Shown here: piece by piece, positions 36,946-49,388 of the stretch | Numbering within the stretch: position 1 is the first letter of the stretch | Layout: each line of letters starts with the position of its first letter | Assembly (NCBI GenBank): GCA_030390025.1 | Contig: CM059448.1 | Coordinates: forward strand, 19,654,001 to 19,718,000 | Origin: Squalus acanthias | Taxonomy: Eukaryota | DNA length: 64,000 nt | Direction: 5' to 3' | Position numbers and translations under genes: made by a program | Notes under the pieces: model-generated | What the model saw: the letters and a program-made list of their open reading frames with translations, nothing else | Told to the model about the DNA's origin: nothing | Database searches by the model: none

Positions 36946-39868
36946 GTAGTAAATAGTGATTCTGTCTAATTGCAGAATACTGCAGGTTGGGCATAGCCAA
37001 TTAGGAAACACACCTGGAAATACCTCGGCCTACTTGCAATCCTCAAATATCATTATTAGTATAAAGATTATACACCGATTGAGTTTTTACCTTATTCCCC
37101 GGACTGAAAGCCAGAGCACATAGGAACGTTCAGATAAATGACTGGCCAAGGGGAAGCTATTTGTACTTCAATTAAATGTTTGCAGCGGACTTGACCAGAC
37201 AGACATAATCCTTCAATTTGATAACATTTAAAGCCTTCTATCGAGTACGAAAAGACTCATCCATTCATTTCAACACCACAGAATCAATACTGCAGACAGC
37301 AACTAAAACAACGCCTTTTTCTAGTGTATGTTTTAGAAAGTGCAAAATCCTAGTAACAGATTAAGGGAGCACCTGAATCTGCCACCACTGCTGTGAGAGT
37401 TTCAACGCGATCGCTCTTGATCATGCATTGAATTTAAAAAAAACAGGGCCACAAAGCGTTTGAAAAGAAACAAAGATTGCTGGATGTACAATACCGTCAT
37501 CTAGCATGCTTAGTTACTGCCAACAAAACTATTGTATTGATGTGCATATAAGCCACAAGCCAAATTTGAGTGTTAACCTGCCTCTAGGCCATACCGCCAA
37601 ACAAACTGACAGCGTTTTTGGTCCATTCAGACCACCAAGTTTCCATTCTATTTGAATTCTACTCCTAACAGGTGGTAAATGATACAATCTTTCTGAATTA
37701 AAAGTAGTTGGTACGGTCTGACCTGTAAGATCCTATCTGTCACTCACAGAATATATAAAATAGAGACTTGTGTTTAAAAAGAATGTACTTGGTTCACTGC
37801 AATATTAATCTTGAAAGACTATGGCACATTGTAAAACATCACCCAGGTTGAACATTCTATAGTCTTAGTCAGCATTTTAGCATCAACCATTAAGTTAAGG
37901 TGCGATGGGTAACCTATAGCCTGAAGGACATTTGCGATACACTAGTGATTACTGGCTACTCGTTACAAACACTATTATTGTAGAAGATTGGATAAAATTG
38001 GATCTTTTCCCACTTCCATTTCCACTGCTTTGAAGTAAATATATCAAATATTTTAACTAACTCATCAAATGGGCAAAGGGTTGAAGCACACCAGATATAG
38101 CGAAACAATTATTTATTCTGAAGAGTCAATAAGTAATTATATGCAGAATATTACTTTGGCAAAGAAAATGGCTTATTGAGGAAGTATGCGGAGCTAAAGA
38201 TCCTTGAACATTGGCCATGGAGAATAAATTATCAAGCAATCGTTTGTTTCTGGATTCAAAGATAAGGAATTATCTTCTTATAGAAACTGCAATGTACAGC
38301 ACATTGATGCATGTCTCTTAGAATATAGCTCCGGCATTGACGTCAGTCTCTCCCCTTTACATCTGGGAATTCGCTTCAAATTCAGTCTTGGGAAAGATGA
38401 CTGTTCTGGGTCATGAGTAAATTAAAGGCTAGCTTAGCATTTCCATTATCTCATGGTGGATTTGAATAAGGAAAATCTCAAGGCACTTTACAGTTGACAT
38501 TTTGCAACGTGGTGCTTGAAGCCAGAATTCAAGAAGGAAGCGGGGCCGATTTTCACATGGGAAAGTCGGTGTTACCACAGCGGGAAGGGCTTAAAAATGG
38601 AGTCGCTAGCCTCGCTGTCCCATTAACTCTGGCGACCATCTTGTTGTAACTAATACAGAGACCTACCTTCTTCTGGGCGTATAAACGCCTGCCTCAAACA
38701 GGCGCTAGGCCTCTTTCCCATCAGGGTCTTAATGACGTAGTTAGGATACCGATTGCAATTTGAATGAGCACCTTGTGATACGAATGACAAGAATTTTTTT
38801 TTTTTTTTAAAGAGATTTTTTTTTGTGGAGCCTGAAGGGGCAGGAATCCTCCTCCTGGCTCCACAAACTGCTGGGAGTCGGCTGCCGGCCCAGTCTCGTT
38901 TCGCTTCAGTATCTTGTCTCTCCCCTCCCTTCGACAACCGAACTGATGGCGTCCCAGCTGGCTGTCATTCCTGGCACCAAAGAGCGAAGAGCCTAGCTAC
39001 AATTTGGACATGGGGGTCGTTTTCAACGGCACCACCTGGCCGATAATCTGGTGGAGCAGATTGCCCGCTCGTTACAGAACTCATCTGATTTTTATCCCAC
39101 TGGTTTCAACGGAACGAAGATCGAACAGGTTCTACAATCAGCAGTAATCGCTCAGCCAGGTTACTGCCCGGGCAGAGACAGTGCAAGTTACCCCTGTAGA
39201 CTCTGCTGAGGGGAGGAGAGCAGACATGCTAACAACAGCATGTAGCACGGCCATCTCCCCTCCCTCTGCCAGACGGTCTCAATCTTCTGGCTATGTGTTC
39301 ATCCATTTAAACCACTGAAGAACACAGCTAGAACAAGGCAGCAGGAAAGCCCCTTGACTCTGCATGCAATTAGTAACACCCTCAACACTGAAAGCTCATT
39401 ATTAGTGATTTTTCCACCTTGGGGAATGATTTTGTGTGATCTTTTCTGGCCCTTGGTGTGCCCTGTGTACATTACTGCCACCTGTCATATCACATTTACA
39501 TGTAATCCAAGGAAAAAAATCAATCATTTGCACTTGTAGTTGACCTGCACTTATAAAATGTTATGTATGTGCAGATTAACTCAGTGATGGACAGCCTTGG
39601 AACCCATAGCCTGTGCCATTATTATTGGGACCACATTAGTGCTCATGAGGTCTGACAGTAAGACAGCATTTTGATAAGCTTGAAAAATGAACTTGCACAA
39701 GCTATGCCATGTCATCACCCCTGTAAAGCATGATCATGCAAACCAAGTGAAAACTGCAGTCTCTGGCTCCAGTAGATCTGCTCAGTTGGGCACAAATGAA
39801 AATCAACTCGAGTACTTTAAGCTGACAGACATACACAAAAAATACACATCATCTCCGCATCATATCAC

Positions 39869-40071
39869 TATTTCTTATACACATAGGGGGTGAAATAGGT
39901 CTTGGGCGATGGGACAAGATGGGCGATAATGCATGGGCAGCTTGTTCTGCCCAAATATCTTTTCCATTGACTTCAAGTCGGGCGGAGTGTAAAACAAGCA
40001 AGAGATTCGCTGTCGTCTGTTTTGCACCATCACCCAAGACCAATTTCACCCCCCAATGTGTATAAGAAATA
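39869..40071. mobile_element. Short fold-back MITE-like element
   Basis: About 45-bp imperfect inverted arms tatttcttatacacataggggtgaaataggtcttggg.. Confidence 0.7.
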
Positions 40072-40091
40072 AAAAACAGAAAATGCTGGAA

Positions 40092-43039
40092 GTTCATTAA
40101 CGTCCTTTAGGGAAGGAAATCTGCCGTCCTTACCTGATCTGGCCGATATGTGACTCCAGACCCACAGCAATGTGCTTGACTCTTAACTGCCCCCTGAAAT
40201 GGCTGGTTAGTTGTAACAAACTGCTATGAAAAACAATAATAAGAATAAAACCGGACGGACCACCCGGCATCGACCTCGGCACCGGCTTCGAACACGACAA
40301 TGGCACACCCAGCCCAGTCGACCTTGCAAAGTCCTCCTCACTAACACCTGGGGACTTGTGCCAAAATTGGTAGAGCTGTCACACAGACTAGTCACGCAAC
40401 AGCCTGACATAGTCATACTTACAGAATCATACCTTTCAACCAATGTCCCAAACTCCTCCATCAATATCCCTGGGTATGTCCTGTCCCACCGGCAGGACAG
40501 ACCCACCAGGGGTGGTGGCACAGTGGTATACAGTTGGGAGGGAGTGGCCCTGGGAGTCCTCAACATTGACTCCGGACCCCATGAAGTCTCATGGCTTCAG
40601 GTCAAGCATGGGCAAGGAAACCTCCTGCTGATTACCAGCTACCGCCCCCCCTCAGCTGATGAATCAGTACTCCTCCATGTTGAACACCACTTGGAAGAAG
40701 CACTGAGAGTAGCAAGGGCACAGAATGTACTCTGGGTGGGGGACTTCAATGTCCATCACCAAGAGTGACTCGGTAGCACCACTACTGGCCAAGCTGGCCG
40801 AGTCCTGAAGGACATAGCTGCCAGACTGGACCTGCGACAGGTGGTGAGAGAACCAACACGAGGGAAAAACCTACTTGACCTCATCCTCACCAATCTACCT
40901 GTCACAGATGCATCTGTCCATGACAGCATTGGTAGCAGTGACCACCGCATAGTCTTTGTGGAGACGAAGTCCTGTCTTAACACTGAGGATATCCTCCATC
41001 GTGTTGTGTGCCACTACCAGCGTGCTAAATGGGATAGATTCAGAACAGATCTAGCAGCTCAAAACTGGGCATCCATGAGGCGCTGTGGGCCATCAGCAGC
41101 AGCAGAATTGTATTCCACCACAATCTGTAACCTCATGGCCCAGCGTATCCCTCACTCTACTATTACCATCAAGCCAGGGGACCAACCCTGGTTCAATGAG
41201 GAGCGTAGAATAGCGTGCCAGGAGAAGCACCAGGCCTGTTGTGAATGGTAGTGGACAACTAAACAACTAACAGGAGGAGGAGGCTCTATGAATATCCCCC
41301 TCCTCAATGATGGCGGACCCCAGAACGCGAGTGCAGAAGACAAGGCTGAAGCATTTGCAACCACCTTCAGCCAGAAGTGCCAAGTGGATGATCCATATCG
41401 GCCTCCACCTGAGGTCCCCACCATCACAGAAGCCAGTCTTCAGCCAATTCGATTCACTCCACATGATATCAAGAAATGGCTTAGCGCACTGGATACAGCA
41501 AAGGCTATAGGTCCTGACAATATCCCAACTGCCGTGCTGAAGGCTTGTGCTCCAGAACTAGCTGCAACTCTAGCCAAGCTGTTCCAGTACAGCTACAACA
41601 CTGGCATCTATCCAGCAATGTGGAAAACTGCCCAGGTATGTCCTGTCCACAAAAAGCAGGTCAAATCCAATCTGGCCAATTACCGCCCCATCAGTCTACT
41701 CTCAATCATCAGCAAAATGATGGAAGGTGTCATCAACAGTGCTATCAAGCAGCACTTACTCATCAATAACCTGCTCACCGATACTCAGTTTGGGTTCTGC
41801 CAGGACCACTCAGCTCCAGACCTCATTGCAGCCTGGGGCAAACATGAACAAAAGAGCTGAATTCCAGAGGTGAGGTGAGAGTGACTGCCCTTGACATCAA
41901 GGCAGCATTTGACCGAGTGTGAAATCAAGGAGCCTTAGTAAAATTGAAGTCAATGGGAATCAGGGGGAAAACTCTCAGTCATACCTAGTACAAAGGAAGA
42001 TGGTTGTGGTTGTGGAGGTCAATCATCTCAACCCCAGGACATCGCTGCAGGAGTTCCTCAGGGCAGTGTCCTCGGCCCAACCATCTTCAGCTGGTTCATC
42101 AATAACCTTCCCTCCATCATAAGGTCAGAAGTGGGGATGTTCGCTGATGACTTCACAGTGTTCAGTTCCATTCGCAACTCCTCAGAAAATGAAGCAGTCC
42201 ATGCCCGCATTCAGCAAGACCTGGACGGCATTCAGGCTTGGGCTGCTAAATGGCAAGTAACATTTGCACCACACAAGTGTCAGGCAATGACTATCTCCAA
42301 CACGCGAGAGTCTAACCGCCTCCCCTTGACATTCAACAGCATTACCATCGCCGAATCCCCCACCATCAACATCCTGGGGGGTCACCATTGACCAGAAACT
42401 TAACTGGACCAGCCATATAAATACTGTGGCAACAAGAGCAGGTCAGAGGCTGGGTATTCTGCAGTGAGTATCTCACCTCCTGACTCCCCAAAGCCTTTCT
42501 ACAAGGCGAAAGTCAGGTGTGTGCCAGAATACTCTCCACTTGCCTGGATGAGTGCAGCTCCAACAACACTCAAAAAGCTCAACACCATCCAGGACAAAGC
42601 AACCCGTTTGATTAGCACCCTAACCACCACCTTAAACATTCACTCCCTCCATCACCGGTGCACCGTGGCTGCAGTGTGTACCATCTACAAGATACACTGC
42701 AGCAACTCGCCAAGACTTCTTCGGCAGCACTTCCCAAACACGCGACCTCTACCACCTAGAAGGACAAGGGCAGCAGGCGTATGGGAAACTCCATCACCTG
42801 CAAGTACCCCTCCAAGTCACATGCCATCCTGACTTGGAAATATATCGCTGTTCCTTCATCGTCGCTGGGTCAAAATCCTGGAACTCCCTCCCTAACAGCA
42901 CTGTGGGAGTACCTTCACCACACGGACTGCAGCGGTTCAAGAAGGCGGCTCACCACCAGCTTCTCAAGGGCAATTAGGGATGGGCAATAAATGCTGGCCT
43001 TGCCAGCGACACCCAGATCCCGGAACGAATGAAAAAAAA
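40092..43039 (+). mobile_element. Near full-length single-ORF non-LTR retrotransposon (APE + RT, CR1/L2 group), decayed
   Basis: APE motifs VILTES, YRPP, GDFNVH, LDLILT, SDH; RT motifs GPDNIP, NYRPISLLS, FADD; A-rich tail. Confidence 0.92.
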
Positions 43040-43482
43040 CTTGCACCAAGTCCCACTCACCCATCATCCCTGGCGCTTGCTGACCGACATTGGTTCCCGG
43101 TCCGGCAATGACTTGATTTTAAAATTCTCATCCTTGTATTGAAATCCCTCCAGGTTCTCGCCCCTCCCTGTCTGTGTAACCTCCTGCAGCCCTAGAACCC
43201 TCCGAGATCCCTGCAGTCCTCCAATTCTGGCCTTGTGCGCATCCCCGAATTCCTTTGCTCCACCATTGGCGGCTGTGCCTTCAGTTGCCTCGGCCCTAAG
43301 CTCTGGAAATCCGTCCCTAAATCGCTCCACTTCTCCCTCTCTCGCTCCTTTGACCAAGCTTTTGGTCATCTGTCCTAATATCTGCTTATGTGTCAAATTT
43401 TGTTTAATGACGCCCTTGTGAAGCACCTTGGGATATTTTACTATGTTAAAGGCGTTATATAAATATATAAGGTGGTTGTTGT
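43040..43482 (+). mobile_element. L2-like LINE 3' end
   Basis: cacccatcatccctggcgcttgctgaccgacattggttcccgg..; tail gttgttgtt. Confidence 0.75.
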
Positions 43483-43540
43483 TCACCTTAATTTTTAACC
43501 TTTCACTTCTTGTCCATCACTCTGTCTTTGCTCAGACCTA

Positions 43541-44307
43541 GGGAGCGAAATTCGGCTTCTTTGCGCCTGTCGTTAACGGCTCCGGGGCGCAAAGGGGTTA
43601 TCGCCCGGAGGAAACACCTCCAGCGAAATTCGGCGGGGTGTTGCTGAGGCACTACCCGATAGCACCGCGCCCCTGCTGGAAGCGCCCCGGGCCGCTGCGC
43701 CACCGGCGATGACGTCCCCTTACCGCCCCGCAGCAGAAATTCGGCTGCGCCCCGCGTGGCTGTCGAGGGGGAGGTCAGCACCCGCCTCGCGGGTCGCAAA
43801 CCAGGCCGACCTCCGCTCATGGGGCGGTAGTTAAAGGGGAGGTGCGGCTGTGACCCGCGCCACCATTTTCTTCTTTTGGCCGACCTCCAGGTCGACCCTC
43901 CGTGGTGGGCCATGGCGTGGTTTGTGGCCGCCATTGCGCAACCCAGCACCGCGTCTCGTTGCTGGGCTGCAGCCATGGCACCACGCTGCCCTGGTGGCCT
44001 AGTGTGGGCCATCGGAGGCCCTGCAGTGGTTGCAGCATCCCTCCCCTTTAACAGAAGGGAAGGGGCAGTGAAACAAGTCAGTGCTATGCGGACTGATCGC
44101 GTAGCGCACAGGCCTTCGAGCGCCTTGCGGGCTTGCGTCCCCGACACCACCCCGAGAGAAAGTGGAGTGCCCAAGATAGTGCTCCACTCCCTCTCCAGGC
44201 GGTAAGCTGAATTTAGCGGCTAGGGCGGTACTTCCGCGCCGGGCGCTAAATGTTCGGCGCTAGTTCGGTTACTGCCCCCAACCGGGGCATAACCGAATTT
44301 CGCGCCC
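43541..44307. mobile_element. GC-rich Harbinger-type MITE related to family C
   Basis: TIR gggagcgaaattcgg / ccgaatttcgcgccc; shares agtggagtgc..agtgctccact with 53659-54385. Confidence 0.8.
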
Positions 44308-45239
44308 GCTAAACTAGCTACAGTACTTTTTACAGCTAAATCTCGTCTTTCAATATTTGCCTCCAACTCTGACTTGCAGTCTGATGAAGGGTGTGCCCAA
44401 AATGCCATAAACTGGTGTAAAGTTTCAACTTACCACTTGGGCATTAATCAGTGGAAATTAAAACAGGGCAATTTCTAGAACTGATAGCCGATCCACAACG
44501 CCAGTTTTTCCACTAGTGGATTTCCACTAACACAGGAATAAAGATTAGATGCAATAGTTTATTTATTAATACTATTTACAGGAGATAATATTCATCAACC
44601 ATAATTATCCTTTTAATTAAAATTCTATCTTAGATTGGATCTGCTCTTTATCTATGATGCAAAAAATAGAAGTCATTGCCTCGATGTGACCTTCACTGGG
44701 AATGTCTGATGTTCAAACCCATGGCTATGGAGAAGCTCATATCAATAAGTACTTATTTGGCCAGCTTGTGTACTTTGCTGTCTTCAATACATTAACTACC
44801 CAATTGTCTTTTTTTAAAAATCCAATATGGAAAGAACCCCACTCGGAAACTTTTAGCCCCTATCAAGAAATATCGAACTCACCAAGGTTCTTTCTTGAAA
44901 GATAGAAACAGCTTATTTGAACATAGCATAAATTAATTCTAACAACTGGCGTTAGATAGGATTTAATTGTCAATACCTCATTTTTAAAACACAATTTATT
45001 GAAAGTCTTGGAACAATATGTTATTATGCAGACGCGTGATGTTACAAATATGACACTGATATACCAGAAAGTAAAATATAAACGTGGAGTACACAATCTG
45101 CCATTAGATAAATATTTCATCTTAACCCAAGACTGAGAAGAGGGAGAGAATTCAGAGATATGACTATGTAGTAGAATTCAGTTCTCGCCATTGATTTGGG
45201 GGAGCCTCCCATTTGACCATTACGTTCAGCTGATTATTA

Positions 45240-46124
45240 GGTGTGAATTTTCACCTTTTTCTGCGCTGGAGCGCTAGACTACTGAAACGGGCGTGATCTT
45301 GCCAGCCCTGGGGAGGCGGGTCTGCCGGGAAAATGGCAGAATCTGGGGGCGGGTGCCCATCCCGCCCCCAACCCGCCTCCGTGTCATCTTCCCAGGAGGC
45401 GGGTGGCCGACCCGCGCCGGGTCCCGTCTCCTCGAGGCGTGAAGGGGATTACAGCCACTTTACTGCCTGTTAACAGGTAGTTAACAGGCAGTTAAGAAGA
45501 TTATCCCTATTTTTCCAACAGAGGCGCGGGCTTCCCGACGTCAGGAAACCCCGCCAGGGTCACAGAGGCGAGCAGTGGGTCTGTGGGAGTCAGAGGGGTG
45601 CAAAGTGCGCTGTGAAGTTAAGTGATGGGTGCAAGTATGGAGAGGTAAGTATGTGAGGTGAGTGGAAAGTGATAGAAAATGTTTACTTACCTTTGTTTCT
45701 TCCTGCAGGCTTCAAGAGTTGGGGATGCGGAGAGTCTCGCATCTCACCGGCAGAGATGACAGATGGCTGCTACATTCTCCAATGCAACAACCATCTAATT
45801 TTTGCTAAAGAAAGAGGTTTGATGAGTCTTGAATACAAGTACTCATCAAACTACAGAGAATGTCGGTGTTTGACAGCTTCCCAGAGCTGTCAAACGATGA
45901 CAATTCATCTGTCAACATTTTTTGACAGATGAAACGTCATACATTGACGTTCTCTGTAACCGGCTTCCCCTTAATTGGCCTGCTAAGCCCACTGGGCGGG
46001 CTTAACAAGGTCAATCAAGGGAAAATAGCGTGGGTTGGCCAGAAGTCGATGGAGGCGGGACTAAAACCCGACAAGCAGCAGTCCCGCCTCCAACGCGCCC
46101 GCCCCCATTGACAAAATCGCCACC
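45240..46124. mobile_element. Harbinger-type MITE
   Basis: Ends ggtgtgaatttt / aaaatcgccacc; right end is the reverse complement of 56680-56745. Confidence 0.7.
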
Positions 46125-46623
46125 TTTGAAGTGGGACTGATTTTATTTGGAGAAAAACACTAATAACGGAAACAACAGAAATACATTAATCAAAAGTATC
46201 TAAAGTATTGGCAGGTCAGAAAAAGTCTATCCTCTGTTGTTCAGCTGATTTGAGAGAAAGCCAGTCAGCTGGCCTTTCCTTTTCATTTGCCCCAATCTCA
46301 TCATTGCACTTGTCACTGCAGTTTCCTGATTTTATTTCATTTATAATGTCTGCGTCCATCAGTTAACTGCAAACTTCAGTATATCCCACAGACTCACCAG
46401 TATGACAAATTCAGCCAGTGTCAAACCGGTTGATGGTGGAGTGTCGCCATCCATTAGAGGTGCAGAAGCACTGTTTTAATCGAGCGCTTGGTCATTTGGA
46501 GTTGTAAACCCACGTTTGCGAAAGCAGCTCATAATGTAGGTCTGTGAGGCTGCAGTCCAAGCAATAACTATCATGTGCACTTCATCAAGTAGGTTAACAC
46601 ACTGGCAGGGGAGTGGAGGTAAT

Positions 46624-47339
46624 GGGCTGGAGCTTTCGCTCGATTGCGATGTTTCTTTCGGCGCAATTCCCCCGATATCGGCGTAACCGGCGCAAAAGTT
46701 TGTGGAATTTTAAGCGCAAATTGGATTCAGCGCAAATCAAGTTTTCGTGATCTGTTGCGCTAGTTTTAAAAACATCGCGCTAGAAGCAGGCCCTGTCCTC
46801 AAAACTGGCCATGCCCCCAGGGTGAATTAATCACAATTGGGAGTTTCTGCTAATTGTGTTTGTTTGTAGGCCTTCGAGGAGGCTCCAGAAATTAGGCTGT
46901 AACTTTTGGGCGTAAGAACACTAACAGGTATGTTTTTAAAACGTTTTGAAAATGTTTTTGTTAATTTTACTAAGGAACTCATTACTGCACCCCAATCTAA
47001 CTAGAAAATAGTTTTGTATATTTTTTTTAAGTTATTTTCAGCAATTTAAAATCAGGTTCTCACAGGTGGTAGATTGAGACTGATTAAAAATGCTTATTTT
47101 TTTCCTGATAATCCATTTTCAGTTGCATTATTCAAGCTACACCTAGTTACCACTCTTAAATAAATCAAGGAATTTTTTTTTAAAAACTCTGCTCAATTGC
47201 GCTGGCACATGGCAGATTTTGCATTTGGCAATATGCAAATGAGCTTGAGTGGAAACTCAGGGGAAATAAAACACATTTCAAAAACAGGTGTAATTGACGC
47301 CGGAATCATCGATTGCGCCCAAAGCAGAAACTCTACCCC
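46624..47339. mobile_element. Harbinger-type MITE, additional family
   Basis: Ends gggctggagcttt / aaactctacccc, CpG-rich subterminal gcgc motifs, AT-rich core. Confidence 0.6.
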
Positions 47340-47687
47340 ACGGTTTCTTGAATGCTTGTATGATTTCTTGGTCCAATGTCTGTGCTAAACTTGTGCTAAT
47401 CACTTGAAAATTGATCCCTACAACTGAATGCCTATTGATCATTATAACAGAGTGAAAACACTTTACTATAAATAGGAAATGGATTGGAAAGTAAGATTTA
47501 ACCTGTAAGCTCGACTGATCACTATACACAGTGATCATTAAAAGCAAATGTATCTGATAGAGTGATAATGCTTCAAAATCCATAGATTTCATTATGCAGA
47601 AACCATGGTTTAGATTGAACCCAATGCTAGCAGATCTCTCAGCTTGAACAACATGTATATTCAAATTGCTATCTTAATTCGCAGTAC

Positions 47688-48010
47688 AAAGAAAGAAAGA
47701 CTTGCATTTCTATAGCGCCTTTCACGACCACCGGACGTCTCAAAGCGCTTTACAGCCAATGAAGTATTTTTGAAGTGGAGTCACCGTTGTACGCGGCAGC
47801 CAATTTGCGCACAGCAAGCTCCCACAAACTGCAATGTGATGATGACCGGATAATCTGTTTTTTTTGTTCTGTTGGTTGAGGGATAAAGATTGGCCAGGAC
47901 ACCGGGGAGAACTCCCCCTGCTCCTCTTCGAAATGGTGCCGCGGGATCTTTTACGGCCACCTGAGAGAGCAGACGGGGGCCTCGGTTTAATGCCTCATCC
48001 GGAAGACGGA
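47688..48010 (-). mobile_element. DeuSINE, 5'-truncated
   Basis: Close match to 63371-63680. Confidence 0.88.
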
Positions 48011-48684
48011 AACTGAATCCAACCAATTTTAAAATCCTTTATAACATGAATACCAAACAGTTGATAACACATAGGTACAAAAGTTCACTTTGTAGTGTAC
48101 GTTGTATGGGCCGCTTGATGCAGAATACCCAACTACTCGGTGTTTGGATTCTAAGGCTGGCACAGTTTGATCATTGGAGGTGAAAAGTAAATGGCCCAAA
48201 GAAACAAATTATTGCCAGCTGAGTTGGAGAAAGCTCTTTGACTTCTTTCACCAATACATTTGTGCAATTCCAAACTCCCAAGTGGCCTGATTCTATTCAA
48301 TCGTTTTAAGTATTGAAAGCACTAAATAAAAAACTAATGCATTTCATATTATCACACAACACTCCAGCTCCATTATCTCACTTTCATTTGTACTGTAAAT
48401 AATGCACAAGTTTTGAGACAACTACACTAAAGATCAATTCTTACGATCAATTCCGATACTCTCAAGTTCTTTGCGTTATGAACCCATTCAGCCAGGATGA
48501 GCAGCATACATTATAAGGCCTCAAGTTCACTTCGGTTTTCTTGCTTCTCCAAAGATATTTCCAGATAAATGCACTGGGATAACTTTAATCTTCAATGCAG
48601 AAGAAGTAATGTCCAAGAGACAGCCTAAGGATCAAGCCCAGCCCGTGAGATCCTTTCTCAAATTAAACACCTACAGGTGTTTCA

Positions 48685-49388
48685 ACCCAGACTTCTCGCC
48701 CCCACCCCAGACTTCTCCCCCCCACCCCAGACTACTCCCCCCCCACCCCAGACTTCTCCCCCTCACCCCAGACTTCTCCCCCCCCACCCCAGACTTCTCC
48801 CCCCACCCAGACTTCTCCCCCCACCCAGACTTCTCCCCCCACCCAGACTTCTCCCCCCCACCCAGACTTCTCCCCCCACCCCAGACTACTCCCCCCCCAC
48901 CCCAGACTACTCCCCCCCCCACCCCAGACTTCTCACCCCCCCACCCCAGACTTCTCCCCCCCCACCCCAGACTTCTCTCCCCCCCACCCCAGACTTCTCC
49001 CCCCCACTCCAGACTTCTCCCCCCCACCCCAGACTTCTCCCCCCCCCCACCCCAGACTTCTCCCCCCCCACCCCAGACTTCTCCCCCCCCACCCCAGACT
49101 TCTCCCCCCCCACCCCAGACTTCTTCCCTCACCCCAGACTTCTCCCCCCCACCCCAGACTTCTCCCCCCCCACCCCAGACTTCTCCCCCCCCACCCCAGA
49201 CTTCTCCCCCCCACCCCAGACTTCTCCCCCTCACCCCAGACTTCTCCCCCCCCCAGACTACTCCCCTCACCCCAGACTTCTCCCCTCACCCCAGACTTCT
49301 CCCCCCCCACCCCAGACTTCTCCCCCACCCCAGACTTCTCCCTCCACCCCAGACTTCTCCCCCCACCCCAGACTTCTCCCCCCACCCC
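48685..49388. repeat. C-rich minisatellite, about 20-22 bp unit
   Basis: (ccccagacttctccccccca)n with variable C runs. Confidence 0.97.

Noticed and set aside
43503-44205. 223-aa ORF / CpG-island gene
   Set aside because: Lies within a TIR-bounded GC-rich MITE and has no recognisable domain
44375-44415. Further hammerhead (ctgatgaagggtgtgcccaaaa)
   Set aside because: GAAA core is absent and stems I and III are unsupported; at best a decayed relic
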